Assembly (NCBI GenBank): GCA_003135555.1
Contig: PLCF01000049.1
Location: forward strand, 27,889-86,280
DNA length: 58,392 bases
Direction of reading: 5' to 3'
Origin: Vulcanimicrobiota bacterium
GTDB lineage: Bacteria; Vulcanimicrobiota; Vulcanimicrobiia; Vulcanimicrobiales; Vulcanimicrobiaceae
Position 1 is the first letter of the stretch; every line of letters starts with the position of its first letter. The position numbers and the translations under genes were made by a program. Below, piece after piece: positions 27,936-37,971 of this stretch. The notes below the pieces were generated by a model. That model saw nothing but the letters and a program-made list of their open reading frames with translations, was not told where the DNA came from and ran no database searches.

Positions 27936-28754
27936 TCAGCGACGCGCGGTGAACACGTGCGCGCGCATGCCGCCCTCGGCACGTCCGTCGGGCGAACCGT
28001 TGCCGCAGGCAACGGCGATCGCACGCGCCGCCGCGGCGGTGATCTCCGCGAGCCGACTGGGATCGCGTGCCTCGATCTCGCTGCGCAGCGGCGAGCCTTG
28101 GAGGAGCCCGGTCGCGGCGGAACGCGCCGACGGAGCGCTGCGCTTGTCGACCGTCTCCATCGCGACCTCGGGGAAGCCGGCATCGTGCAACCCGCGCTCG
28201 AGCGCCGCACAGTCGTGATGCCCGAACGGCGTGCGCCGGAGAAAGCGCGGCGGGTCATCGGGGAACGCGGCCTCCGCGGTATCTGAACAGATGCGCGAGA
28301 TCACGTTGTCTGCGATGTCTCCCCAGACGTTGAAAATGAATCGTCCGTCGGGAGCCAGCACGCGCCGCGCTTCGCGAAACGCGAGGGTCTGGTCGGGCAT
28401 GAACATGACCCCGAACTGGCACACGACGGCGTCGAAGCTCCCGTCCGCGAACGGGAGGGCCATCGCATCGGCTCGCAGCCACGAAAGATGCGGCGCTGAG
28501 ACGCGCGCCGCGCCGTAGGCGATCATCCCTTCGTTGAGATCGGTCGCGACGATGGTCGCGCCGTCGCCGAGCGCGCGCAGCAGCGCCGCCGTCACGATCC
28601 CGGTTCCGGCAGCGGTCTCGAGCACCCGCGAAACGCGCCGCTCGGCCACGCGGGCGGCGATGTCCGCGGCGTAGGGCGCGAAGAGAAACGGTCCAAGGTC
28701 GCGATCGTACACCTCGGGAATCGAGCCCGAGAACACGGTGTCGGAGTGGCCCAT
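27936..28754 (-). CDS. Class I SAM-dependent methyltransferase
   Basis: VLETAAGTG, ATDLNEGM, LPFADGSFDAVVCQFGVMF. Confidence 0.92.
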   Translation of the reverse strand: MGHSDTVFSGSIPEVYDRDLGPFLFAPYAADIAARVAERRVSRVLETAAGTGIVTAALLRALGDGATIVATDLNEGMIAYGAARVSAPHLSWLRADAMALPFADGSFDAVVCQFGVMFMPDQTLAFREARRVLAPDGRFIFNVWGDIADNVISRICSDTAEAAFPDDPPRFLRRTPFGHHDCAALERGLHDAGFPEVAMETVDKRSAPSARSAATGLLQGSPLRSEIEARDPSRLAEITAAAARAIAVACGNGSPDGRAEGGMRAHVFTARR

Positions 28755-28816
28755 GCCCGCCGCTTCCGGGCACATCGAGGGAGGCCTGCCCGTGCGCTGC
28801 GACGGAGCTGTCGCGC

Positions 28817-30520
28817 ATGAAGCCATCCGGCACCGGCTTGTCGCGCGGACTCACCGACTACGGCGACCGCGAGTTCTCACTGTACCTGCGGCGCACGTTC
28901 GCAAAGTCGATGGGCTTCTCGGACGCGATGCTGGAGCGTCCGATCGTCGGCATCGCGACAGCCGGCGGCGGGTTCAACAACTGCCATCGCACCACGCCCG
29001 AGCTCGTCGCGGCGGTGTCGCGCGGCGTCTTGACCGCGGGCGGGCTACCGCTGGACTTCCCCACCATCTCGCTGGGTGAGCCGTTTCTCTCGCCGACCAG
29101 TCTCGTGTTTCGCAACCTGATGGCGATGGACGTCGAAGAGATGATCCGCGCGCAGCCGATGGACGCGGTGGTGCTCATCGGCGGCTGCGACAAGACGCTG
29201 CCCGCCCAGCTGATGGGTGCGATCTCGGCGAACAAGCCGGCGATCGCGCTCGTCGTCGGCCCGATGATGACCGGCAGCTTCGAAGGCACGCGGTTGGGCG
29301 CGTGTACCGATTGCCGCTCGTGGTGGGCGCGCTTTCGCGCCGGCGAGCTCTCCGAGGAACGCATCCGCGGCGTGGAGTCCAACCTCGCGACGACGGCCGG
29401 CACGTGCGCGGTGATGGGCACGGCCAGCACGATGGCGTGCGTCACCGAGGCGCTGGGCATGAGCCTGCCCGGCGCCGCGACGCCGCCGGCCGTGCACGCG
29501 GAGCGACTGCGCGTCGCCGAAGCCACCGGTGCGCGGGCCGTCGCGCTCGCGCGCGACGACGTCACGCCCGACCAGATCGTCACGCCCGCCGCCGTCGAGA
29601 ACGCGCTGCGCGTGCTGTTTGCGCTGGGCGGCTCGACCAACGGCATCATCCACCTCACCGCGATCGCAGGCCGCCGCGGCATTCCCTTAACGCTGCAGCG
29701 CTTCAACGAGCTCAGCGCCGATACGCCCGTGCTGGTAAACCTCAAGCCGGTCGGCGACCACTACATGGAACACTTCCACGCGGCCGGGGGAGTCGGCGCG
29801 CTGCTGCGGGAGCTTGCGCCGCTCTTGAACCGCGACACCGTGTCGGTCGCCGGCGAGACCCTCGACGAACGCCTCGCACACGTCCCGGCGTACGTCGATC
29901 GCACCGTCATTCGCCCCTTCGGTGAACCGATCGTCGCGCGCGACGCGCTCGTCGCGCTGTTCGGAAACCTCGCGCCGAACGGCGCGATCCTCAAGGCTGC
30001 TGCGGCCGACCCGCGCCTCATGGAACACGACGGCCGCGCGGTCGTGTTCCGCGACCTCGCAGACCTGGCGGCACGGATCGACGCGCCCGACCTCGACGTC
30101 GAGCCCGACGACGTGCTGGTACTGCAACACGCCGGCCCGGTCGGCGCGGGGATGCCCGAAGCCGGCTATCTGCCGATCCCCAAGAAGCTGCTCGCCCGCG
30201 GCGTGCGCGACATGCTGCGCATCAGCGACGCCCGCATGAGCGGAACCGCGTACGGCGCCATCGTGCTCCACGTTTCGCCGGAGTCCGCGCTCGGTGGTCC
30301 GCTCGCCGCGGTACGCAACGGCGACCGCATCCGCGTCAGCCTGCGCGAGAAGCGCCTCGACGTCGTGCTCACCGATGCCGAGATCGCCGCACGGATCGAA
30401 CAGTTCGTTTCGCCGGCGCCACCACGACGCGGCTACGCGAAGCTCTACGCGCAGCACATCCTGGGCCCCGAACGCGGCTGCGACTTCGATTTCCTTACCA
30501 GCGAGGGAACCGCGGAGTAG
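28817..30520 (+). CDS. IlvD/Edd-family (sugar-acid) dehydratase
   Basis: FNNCH, GGCDKT, GTCAVMGTASTM, GGSTN, SDARMSGT. Confidence 0.95.
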   Translation: MKPSGTGLSRGLTDYGDREFSLYLRRTFAKSMGFSDAMLERPIVGIATAGGGFNNCHRTTPELVAAVSRGVLTAGGLPLDFPTISLGEPFLSPTSLVFRNLMAMDVEEMIRAQPMDAVVLIGGCDKTLPAQLMGAISANKPAIALVVGPMMTGSFEGTRLGACTDCRSWWARFRAGELSEERIRGVESNLATTAGTCAVMGTASTMACVTEALGMSLPGAATPPAVHAERLRVAEATGARAVALARDDVTPDQIVTPAAVENALRVLFALGGSTNGIIHLTAIAGRRGIPLTLQRFNELSADTPVLVNLKPVGDHYMEHFHAAGGVGALLRELAPLLNRDTVSVAGETLDERLAHVPAYVDRTVIRPFGEPIVARDALVALFGNLAPNGAILKAAAADPRLMEHDGRAVVFRDLADLAARIDAPDLDVEPDDVLVLQHAGPVGAGMPEAGYLPIPKKLLARGVRDMLRISDARMSGTAYGAIVLHVSPESALGGPLAAVRNGDRIRVSLREKRLDVVLTDAEIAARIEQFVSPAPPRRGYAKLYAQHILGPERGCDFDFLTSEGTAE

Positions 30521-30556
30521 CGCGGCGTAGGACGGTCGCGGCGGGCGAAGAGCGGC

Positions 30557-31279
30557 GTGGACCTTCAGGAGGCTCCGTTGACTGTTTCGGTAGTTCGTCG
30601 CGTCGTTGCGGCGTTGATCGTCGCGGGTGCGATCCACAGCGCCGCGAGCGCGGACACGCCGCCCGCGCCCGCGCTCGGACCGCGACCGTGCCCGACCCAA
30701 GCGTCGCTGATCTCTCGGCGACAGTTGGCTCGTTGGATCACCGATCCGCGCTGCAAGCAATCGCAGCGCTCCATTCCGACGAAGCCGCGCCGTTCCATGA
30801 ACACGGGCGAGGCCGGCGTCGCGGTGCAGAACTACTCCGCGCCCGGAAAAGCGCTGTTGGTTCAGTCGCGCGTGAGCGTGCTCGCGCCGACGCGCGTCCC
30901 CACGAGCTGGGGCCGCGCAACCTACCCCACCGTGCAGCCCCTCAGAGACTACAAGCGCAACGTGCAAGTCGGCTACGACGTCGTGCTGGGCGGCCCGGGC
31001 TGCACCGGCGGGACGGCCTGCACGCAGGCCGACGTCTACGGCGAGAAGGCGCCGCCGATCGAGCAGACGCGGCTCGACGGCAAGGTCGTGTCGACGCGAC
31101 TTGCCGACGGCACGCCCGCGAAGTACGTCAACGGCCCGTGCGGCGCAAATTGCGCCGGCTCGTTCCAGCTCCAGTTCGTCAAAGGCGGCTACGCCTACAC
31201 GATCTCGATCAAAGGCGGCACGCTCGCCGACGGACTCCTAATTGCATCGTACTTGCGCCCCGTCGCTGCGCTGCCGTAG
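30557..31279 (+). CDS. Secreted Cys-containing hypothetical protein (start uncertain)
   Basis: Signal peptide; CTGGTAC and PCGANC motifs. Confidence 0.7.
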   Translation: MDLQEAPLTVSVVRRVVAALIVAGAIHSAASADTPPAPALGPRPCPTQASLISRRQLARWITDPRCKQSQRSIPTKPRRSMNTGEAGVAVQNYSAPGKALLVQSRVSVLAPTRVPTSWGRATYPTVQPLRDYKRNVQVGYDVVLGGPGCTGGTACTQADVYGEKAPPIEQTRLDGKVVSTRLADGTPAKYVNGPCGANCAGSFQLQFVKGGYAYTISIKGGTLADGLLIASYLRPVAALP

Positions 31280-31343
31280 GAGGATACCGTCGGGCAACCC
31301 GGATAGTGTTCCCCCTCGCCCGTTTGAGAGGAAGTTCCGCGTG

Positions 31344-32657
31344 ATGCACCCCGATCGTCGAAAGTTCTTGCAACTCTCCGCCGCCGGCATCGGCGCCGGT
31401 GCGCTGGCGGGGGGCCTTCCCACACTCGCCTCCGCGGCTGACTCGCCGTTCAAGCCGGAGAAGGGCGCGTCGCTGCAGCTGCTGCGCTGGACGGCGTTCG
31501 TCCCGAGCGATCAGACGATTTGGGACGAGAACACGAAGAAGTTCTCCGCCGCGACCGGCGTGCCGGTGTCGATCCAGTCGCTGTCCTGGAACGACATGGG
31601 TCCGAAAGGCGCGCTCGCCGCGCAGGTCGGCTCCGGCCCGGACATCATCATGGGCTGGAACGACGACCCGTTCGTGTATCCGGACAAGCTGGTCGACATG
31701 ACCGACCTCGTGGACAACATGGGCCGCGCGCATGGCGGGTGGTACGACAACGCGCGATCGTACTGCTACGATCAGGACGTCAAGCGCTGGGTGTCGCTTC
31801 CGGTCGGGTGCACCGGCAACGCGCTGAACTATCGCAAGAGCTGGGTCAAGGAAGCCGGCTACGCCGAGTTCCCCAAAGACCTTGACGGGATGCTGAAGCT
31901 CGCGCGCGTGCTGAAGAAGAACGGCCATCCGCCGGGCTTCGCGCTCGGCCACGCCGTCGGCGACGCGAACAGCTGGACCCATTGGATCCTGTGGGCGTAC
32001 GGCGGCAAGCAGGCGAACCCCGACAACTCGATCGCGATCAACTCGGCCGAGACGGTCAACGCGCTCGAGTACGCCCGTCAGCTCTCCGAGACGTTCATCG
32101 ACGGCGTTGCCGGCTGGGACGACTCCAGCAACAATAAGGCGTTTGCCGGCGGCAAAATCGGCATGACGATGAACGGGATCAGCATCTGGTATAACGGGAA
32201 GAAAGACACGCCCGAGATCTTCCCCGACTTCGCCAACGTGACGCCGCCGATGGGACCCGTCAAGACGCCCACGGTCTCGAACAACTTCACCTCTGCGTTC
32301 ATCTTCAAGTACAGCAAGTATCCGAACGCGGCCAAAGAGTATCTCCGCTTCATGCTCGACAAGCCGCAGGCGGAGCGTTGGGTCACCGAGATGAAGGGCT
32401 ACGTCACGCCCGCCCTCAAGGCGTACGCCGATCTGCCGATCTGGACGTCCGACCCGAACATCACGCCGTATCGCGACGCCCTCGCGCACGCGAAGTACGA
32501 CGGGTACAACGGCAAGCCGGGCAAGGCCGCCGCACAGGCGCTCGATGAGTTCGTGATCGTCGACATGTTCGCGGACGTGTGTGTGAACAAGATGACGGCC
32601 AAGGACGCCGCCAAGAAGGCGGAAGGCAAGCTGCAGACGATTTACAAGCGGGCGTGA
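31344..32657 (+). CDS. Carbohydrate ABC substrate-binding protein
   Basis: Tat signal RRKFLQ; GPDII, WDDSSNNKAF; followed by two permeases. Confidence 0.93.
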   Translation: MHPDRRKFLQLSAAGIGAGALAGGLPTLASAADSPFKPEKGASLQLLRWTAFVPSDQTIWDENTKKFSAATGVPVSIQSLSWNDMGPKGALAAQVGSGPDIIMGWNDDPFVYPDKLVDMTDLVDNMGRAHGGWYDNARSYCYDQDVKRWVSLPVGCTGNALNYRKSWVKEAGYAEFPKDLDGMLKLARVLKKNGHPPGFALGHAVGDANSWTHWILWAYGGKQANPDNSIAINSAETVNALEYARQLSETFIDGVAGWDDSSNNKAFAGGKIGMTMNGISIWYNGKKDTPEIFPDFANVTPPMGPVKTPTVSNNFTSAFIFKYSKYPNAAKEYLRFMLDKPQAERWVTEMKGYVTPALKAYADLPIWTSDPNITPYRDALAHAKYDGYNGKPGKAAAQALDEFVIVDMFADVCVNKMTAKDAAKKAEGKLQTIYKRA

Positions 32658-33544
32658 CCTCGCGGGCGCCGCTGCTCGCGCGGCTCGATTCGCCGCGGGT
32701 GTTGGGCTATCTGCTCATCACGCCCGCGGCGATCATCTTGCTCGGGCTGCTCGCGTACCCGCTGCTGCTCGGTATTTGGCTCAGCCTGACGACTGCTACG
32801 ATCGGCAAAACCGGCGAGTTCGTCGGGCTGCAGAACTACGCGACGATCTTCGCCGACCCGATCTTCCGTGGGGCGGCGCTGTTCTCGGTCTTCTACACCG
32901 TCTGCGCCGAGTTCGGGAAGCTCCTCCTCGGGCTTACGCTCGCGCTGCTGCTCAACCAGCGGTTTCGCGGCTACCGAATCTCACGCGCGCTCATGCTGTT
33001 GCCGTGGGTCGCGCCGACGGTGCTCTCCGCGCTGGCGTGGCTGTGGCTACTCGACCCGCAGTTCAGCGCGCTGAGCTGGCTGTTGATCCGGCTGCACCTG
33101 ATCCACAGCAACATCGACTTCCTCGGCAGCGGCTGGGGCGCGCGATTCTCCCTGATCGTCGTGAACATCTGGCGCGGGCTGCCGTACTTTGCGATCGGCT
33201 ACCTCGCGGGGCTGCAGGGGATCTCCAAGGACCTCTACGAGGCTGCTGCAATCGACGGCGCCGACGGGTGGCAGGCGTTCCGCCGCATCACCTGGCCGCT
33301 GCTGCTGCCGATCACCACGATCCTGGTCGCCTTCTCGTCGATCTTCACGCTGACCGATTTCCAGCTGATCTGGACGATCACGCACGGCGGACCGACGGAT
33401 GCCACGCAGGTCTTTACGACGCTTGCCTATCAGCGGGCGATCAGCGGCGGCCAACTCGGCGAAGGCGCGGCGATCGCCGTTTCGCCGATCGTCTTCATGG
33501 TGATCTTAGCGTACTTTGTCGTCCGATCGGTGCGCGAGAAGTAA
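32654..33544 (+). CDS. Carbohydrate ABC permease
   Basis: FVGLQNY, LYEAAAIDGA, THGGP. Confidence 0.95.
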   Translation: MTSRAPLLARLDSPRVLGYLLITPAAIILLGLLAYPLLLGIWLSLTTATIGKTGEFVGLQNYATIFADPIFRGAALFSVFYTVCAEFGKLLLGLTLALLLNQRFRGYRISRALMLLPWVAPTVLSALAWLWLLDPQFSALSWLLIRLHLIHSNIDFLGSGWGARFSLIVVNIWRGLPYFAIGYLAGLQGISKDLYEAAAIDGADGWQAFRRITWPLLLPITTILVAFSSIFTLTDFQLIWTITHGGPTDATQVFTTLAYQRAISGGQLGEGAAIAVSPIVFMVILAYFVVRSVREK

Positions 33545-33545
33545 C

Positions 33546-34364
33546 GTGCTGCGCCTGCTGAAGATCTACGTCCCACTCGCGCTGTTCGGCGTGTTCCTGC
33601 TGCTGCCGTTCCTGTGGATGCTCCTAACGACGTTCAAGTCGAACCAGGAGCTGCTGAACACGCCCAACCCGTTCTGGGTCTTCCACGGCACGTTCTCGCA
33701 CGTCACCGATCTGTTGACGCAGACGGCATACCTACAGTGGTTCGGCAACACGCTATTCGTCGCGGTGGCTTCGACGGTCCTCAGCGTATTCGTCTCGTAC
33801 ATCACCGCCTACGCGATCATCCGGCTGCGCTTCCCGGGCTCCGAGGTCGTCAGCACGGCGATCTTCCTGGCCTACATCGTGCCGCCGGCGATCCTGTTCA
33901 TCCCGCTCGCGACGATCATCATCCAGCTGCACTGGTTCGACAAACTCTGGGCGCTCGTTCCGATCTACGCCACGTTCCTCGTGCCGTTCTGCACCTGGCT
34001 GTTGATCGGCTTCCTCAAGAACATCCCGCGCGAGCTCGAGGAGGCCGCGCGCGTCGACGGCGCGAGCAACATCGCGATTCTATGGCGGATCATCTTCCCG
34101 ATCGCCGTGCCGGGCCTGATCTCGGCCGCGATCTTCTCGTTCACGCTTTCGTGGAATGAGTATCTCTACGCGCTCGTCTTCATGTCGTCGTCCGGCAACA
34201 AAACGGTTTCGGTCGGGATGACGAGCGAGCTGATCCGCGGCGACGTCTTCCAGTGGGGTCAACTCATGGCCGGCGCGCTGATCGGCGTCCTCCCCGCGAT
34301 CCTAGTCTATTTCTTCTTCGTCGAATACTACGTCGCGGGACTGTCCGGCTCCGTCAAAGAATAG
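33546..34364 (+). CDS. Carbohydrate ABC permease
   Basis: IPRELEEAARVDGAS, SWNEY, WGQLMAG. Confidence 0.95.
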   Translation: MLRLLKIYVPLALFGVFLLLPFLWMLLTTFKSNQELLNTPNPFWVFHGTFSHVTDLLTQTAYLQWFGNTLFVAVASTVLSVFVSYITAYAIIRLRFPGSEVVSTAIFLAYIVPPAILFIPLATIIIQLHWFDKLWALVPIYATFLVPFCTWLLIGFLKNIPRELEEAARVDGASNIAILWRIIFPIAVPGLISAAIFSFTLSWNEYLYALVFMSSSGNKTVSVGMTSELIRGDVFQWGQLMAGALIGVLPAILVYFFFVEYYVAGLSGSVKE

Positions 34365-34373
34365 CGCCTACGG

Positions 34374-35744
34374 TCACAGCGGTTGAATCCCCGGGACGCG
34401 GTACGTGCCGTCGAGCCCGCTCGGGCCCGGCCAATAGATGCGCAGCGTCACGACGAACGGGCCGGCCGGCGTGGGGAGCCAATTCGTCTGATCGCCGCTG
34501 GGCGCATCGTGCTGGATCGCCACGTCGATGGAACCATCGGCGTTCCGCCGCGCCGTCGTGTCGCGTAGGGTGTAGCGGTCGATCGAATTCGGCACGAGGT
34601 AGTGGTCCGGCGAGTAGACGGTCAGCGACCAAAAGGCATTCGCCGGCGGTAACGACCCGGCGGCGAAATGCATCGTGTAGCGGCGCGCACCCGAGAGCGG
34701 CGCACCGCTAGCGTCGACGCTGGTCTCCGGATACACGGCGTCCTCGGGGAGATTCGCTGCGAGCAGCGTCTTCGCGATGAAGGCCCGGTACGCGTAGTCG
34801 GTGCCGAAGCGGCCGGTATTTTTCGTCCAGCGCCAGCCGTTCGCGTGGGGAACCGAGGGCGCATCGTACCCGTCGAGCAGCGCCTTCCCCTCACGCACTC
34901 CGTCGTCGAGGGCCGCGACCCCGGCACCCAGCCCGCTGGGATCGAACGGCTTCCCGGCGGCGACGCCGATCTGTGCGAGCCGGGCGACGATCGGATCGTC
35001 CCCCACGTGCGGCGGATTGTTCGCCAGCCCGGCCGCGAGCAGCGAGAAAAACGTCGCGGCGTTCATCCCCGCGATCAGCGACGGCGGCGTCGGCCCCGTG
35101 TCGATGTTCGGGTTCGCGAGCACCCCCGGCGGCGCCTGATACGATGCGTCGTAGTAGCTGTTGAGCGGAACGATGGTGTACCGCTGCTGGATGCCCGTGA
35201 TGACGCTTGCGTCGTCGCCGGCGCGGGGCCGCGTTCGCGCCAAGACCCACACGTCGTTCGTCGGCGAATTCACCAGCTTCAATTTCCTGGAGATCACCCC
35301 GTTCCAGCGGGGCCCGACGAGCGCGTAGTCGCCCGGCGCGGAGTTCGGGATCCGCGGCGTCGGGTCGGCGATCACGTCGGTCCACGCGTCCATGACCTGC
35401 GCTACGAAATATCGGCCGCCGGCATCAGGAACGTGCAGCACCTGCGCTCCCCCGGAGAGGTCGACCCAGGCCGACGAGTAGCGCGTATCGCCGTTGGGTG
35501 CGACGACGATCCGGAACGGCGGTGTCGGCGCGGACTGCATGTGGATGAACTGTCCGTTTGCGCGGCCGTTCGTCGCGATGCGCTTGGTGATCATCATGAG
35601 CACCAACGGATACCCGTAGATGAAACCGTCGCGTGCGATCCCGTGCACGTCGGGGCCATCCGCGGCACCCGCGCGAGGCGGGCCGAGCAGCCCGAGCACC
35701 AGGATCGACGCGAGCAACCCCCTCAGAACGCGTTTCACCACCAT
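34374..35744 (-). CDS. DUF1254/DUF1214 domain secreted protein
   Basis: FIYGYPLV, PNGDTRYSSAW, DAVYP, FWSLTVY, NWLPTP, LRIYWP. Confidence 0.92.
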   Translation of the reverse strand: MVVKRVLRGLLASILVLGLLGPPRAGAADGPDVHGIARDGFIYGYPLVLMMITKRIATNGRANGQFIHMQSAPTPPFRIVVAPNGDTRYSSAWVDLSGGAQVLHVPDAGGRYFVAQVMDAWTDVIADPTPRIPNSAPGDYALVGPRWNGVISRKLKLVNSPTNDVWVLARTRPRAGDDASVITGIQQRYTIVPLNSYYDASYQAPPGVLANPNIDTGPTPPSLIAGMNAATFFSLLAAGLANNPPHVGDDPIVARLAQIGVAAGKPFDPSGLGAGVAALDDGVREGKALLDGYDAPSVPHANGWRWTKNTGRFGTDYAYRAFIAKTLLAANLPEDAVYPETSVDASGAPLSGARRYTMHFAAGSLPPANAFWSLTVYSPDHYLVPNSIDRYTLRDTTARRNADGSIDVAIQHDAPSGDQTNWLPTPAGPFVVTLRIYWPGPSGLDGTYRVPGIQPL

Positions 35745-35810
35745 ACCGTTCTCCTCCAACCCCAGGAGGCGCGGGTCCACGACCATTCTCCTGCGAATCG
35801 GGATCCGCCC

Positions 35811-36146
35811 ATGAACCAGAACCGCTGGCTCGGCATTCCCCTATCGCTCCTGTTCGGCTTCGCCGTCTGGACTGCGCTCGCGTTGGGCACGGGCGGCCGA
35901 TCCTGCACCGACAATTTCGAGTGGTGGGCGGCCTGGCTGTACTACTCGGACGAGACGATTTTTCTCTTCGTGCTGTGGCTGCCCATCGTCTTCGTGGTCG
36001 CAGCCGTCGCGTACTTCGGCGCAACGAGGATACGCGCTTTGCGTCATCCCATCGTACGACTCGTCGTGGCGCTCATCGTCCTTGCACTCGTCTTCGGCCT
36101 GGGGGCGCTGCTCACGCACAATACGGAGCGTTGCCCGGATTTCTAG
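35811..36146 (+). CDS. Small membrane protein (3 TM)
   Basis: Three hydrophobic helices from ATG 35811. Confidence 0.65.
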   Translation: MNQNRWLGIPLSLLFGFAVWTALALGTGGRSCTDNFEWWAAWLYYSDETIFLFVLWLPIVFVVAAVAYFGATRIRALRHPIVRLVVALIVLALVFGLGALLTHNTERCPDF

Positions 36147-36174
36147 CGTCGCCGCGTGTCGGCGTACCTGAGCG

Positions 36175-37260
36175 CTAGAAGTACGCGGCGCCGCTCGCTG
36201 TGTCAAAGAGGTGCATGCGCTTGGCGTTGATCCCCAGCGCGATCGCGTCGCCCGATGCGACGGTCGCTTCCGCCGACGCGCGGGCGGTGACGCGCTCGCC
36301 GTCGCAGGTGAAGTAGAGCACCTGCTCCGAGCCGAGCGGCTCGACCACGTCGACGACCGCGGCGATCGAACCGGCCTCGTCGGCATGCAGCGAGATGTCT
36401 TCGGGCCTCACGCCCAGCGTGACGGCCTGCGCGTGCGCGGCGTCGAGCACCGCGCGCCGTTCGTTGGGGATGCGAACCGAGAACGACGGCCCGCGCGCGT
36501 AGAGCGCGCCGTTCTCCGCTTGGAGCTTGCAAGGCAAGAAGCTCATCGTCGGCGAGCCGATGAACCCGGCGACGAATAGATTGGCCGGCCGGTCGTACAC
36601 TTCTTGCGGCGGCGCGACCTGTTGCACCACGCCGTCCTTCATGACCACGATGCGGTGCCCCATCGTCATCGCCTCGACCTGATCGTGGGTGACGTAGATC
36701 ATCGTCGTCGCCACGCGCTTATGCAGCTTGACGATCTCCGAGCGCGTCTGCACCCGCAGCTTCGCGTCGAGGTTGGAGAGCGGTTCGTCCATGAGGAACA
36801 CGGCCGGGTGCCGCACGATCGCGCGGCCGAGCGCCGCGCGCTGGCGCTGTCCGCCCGACATCTCCTTGGGCTTGCGCTTGAGCAGCGGGCCCAGTCCGAG
36901 AATCTCGGCCGCCTCCTTCACGCGCTCGTCGATCTGCGCCGCGGGAACCTTGCGCATCTTGAGCCCGAACGCCATGTTGTCGTAGACGTTCATGTGCGGG
37001 TAGAGCGCGTAGTTCTGGAACACCATTGCGATGTCGCGGTCTTTGGGCCCCAGATCGTTGACCCGCCGGTCGCCGATGAAGATATCGCCGCCGCTCATCG
37101 TCTCCAGCCCGGCGATCATGCGCAGCGTCGTCGACTTGCCGCAGCCCGACGGCCCGACCAGCACAAGGAACTCGCGGTCCGCGATCTCGAGCGTGACGTC
37201 GTCGACGACGACGGTATCACCGAACTTTTTGCTGACCGACTGCAGCCGCACCGAGGCCAT
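36175..37260 (-). CDS. Carbohydrate ABC ATP-binding protein (MalK/UgpC-like)
   Basis: GPSGCGKST, VFQNYALYPHM, SGGQRQR, DEPLSNLDAKLR; AGGAGG RBS. Confidence 0.97.
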   Translation of the reverse strand: MASVRLQSVSKKFGDTVVVDDVTLEIADREFLVLVGPSGCGKSTTLRMIAGLETMSGGDIFIGDRRVNDLGPKDRDIAMVFQNYALYPHMNVYDNMAFGLKMRKVPAAQIDERVKEAAEILGLGPLLKRKPKEMSGGQRQRAALGRAIVRHPAVFLMDEPLSNLDAKLRVQTRSEIVKLHKRVATTMIYVTHDQVEAMTMGHRIVVMKDGVVQQVAPPQEVYDRPANLFVAGFIGSPTMSFLPCKLQAENGALYARGPSFSVRIPNERRAVLDAAHAQAVTLGVRPEDISLHADEAGSIAAVVDVVEPLGSEQVLYFTCDGERVTARASAEATVASGDAIALGINAKRMHLFDTASGAAYF

Positions 37261-37297
37261 GCCGCCTCCTTTTGCGTCGCCCTCGCCGAGCCTTCCG

Positions 37298-37969
37298 TCA
37301 GGGCTGAAGTCGCTTGAGCTCCTCGAGCGCGAAGTCGGGCGACTGGCACAGCGAGATGATCGTGCGCTCGTGCGCGATGATCTTCTCGGCTGCCTCGGGG
37401 ATCGCGCGAGCGATGTCGAGCGGGATGACCTGTACGCCGTGCCGGTCGGCGTGGATCAAGTCGCCGGTGCGCACCTTGAGACCGCCGATCTTCACGGGCT
37501 TGCCGAAGTCGAGCATGTGTACGTAGGCGTGCGACACCATGACCGAACCGGCGTAGTAGTGGAATCCCAACGGCTCGACTTCGCGCAGATCGCGCACGCC
37601 GCCGTTGGTCACGGTGCCCACGCAGTGCAGCGCCTTGTGGATGTTCGACTGCACCTCGCCCCAGAACGCGCCGACGGGCGGCTCGTCGACGTCAAGGATC
37701 ACCGCAACGCGCGGCGCGGGCACCGCGGCGATCGCATCCCACCAACCGTGACGCGAGTAGCTTCCCTTGCCGGCTTTGCTCGCGCGCGCTCGGGCGGTCA
37801 CGGCGTAGCCGATCATCACGCCCAGATCGGGAAAGATGCTCTTGATCTCGGGCGACATGAAGCCCGCCGTGCGCGGCCGCACGTCGAACGTCTCGATCGC
37901 GTTGGCGACCGTGGGGGTGTCATAGCGGCGTAGCGCTTCGAGCTCTTCGAGGGTGAGTGGTTCGGTCAT
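37298..37969 (-). CDS. RraA/HMG-aldolase family protein
   Basis: DTPTVANAIE, WGEV, TNGGVRD, GDLIHADRHGV. Confidence 0.9.
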   Translation of the reverse strand: MTEPLTLEELEALRRYDTPTVANAIETFDVRPRTAGFMSPEIKSIFPDLGVMIGYAVTARARASKAGKGSYSRHGWWDAIAAVPAPRVAVILDVDEPPVGAFWGEVQSNIHKALHCVGTVTNGGVRDLREVEPLGFHYYAGSVMVSHAYVHMLDFGKPVKIGGLKVRTGDLIHADRHGVQVIPLDIARAIPEAAEKIIAHERTIISLCQSPDFALEELKRLQP

Positions 37970-37971
37970 CG

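Noticed and set aside
34668..35810. 492-aa ORF
   Set aside because: Antisense to the DUF1254 gene; only the part from 35811 looks coding.
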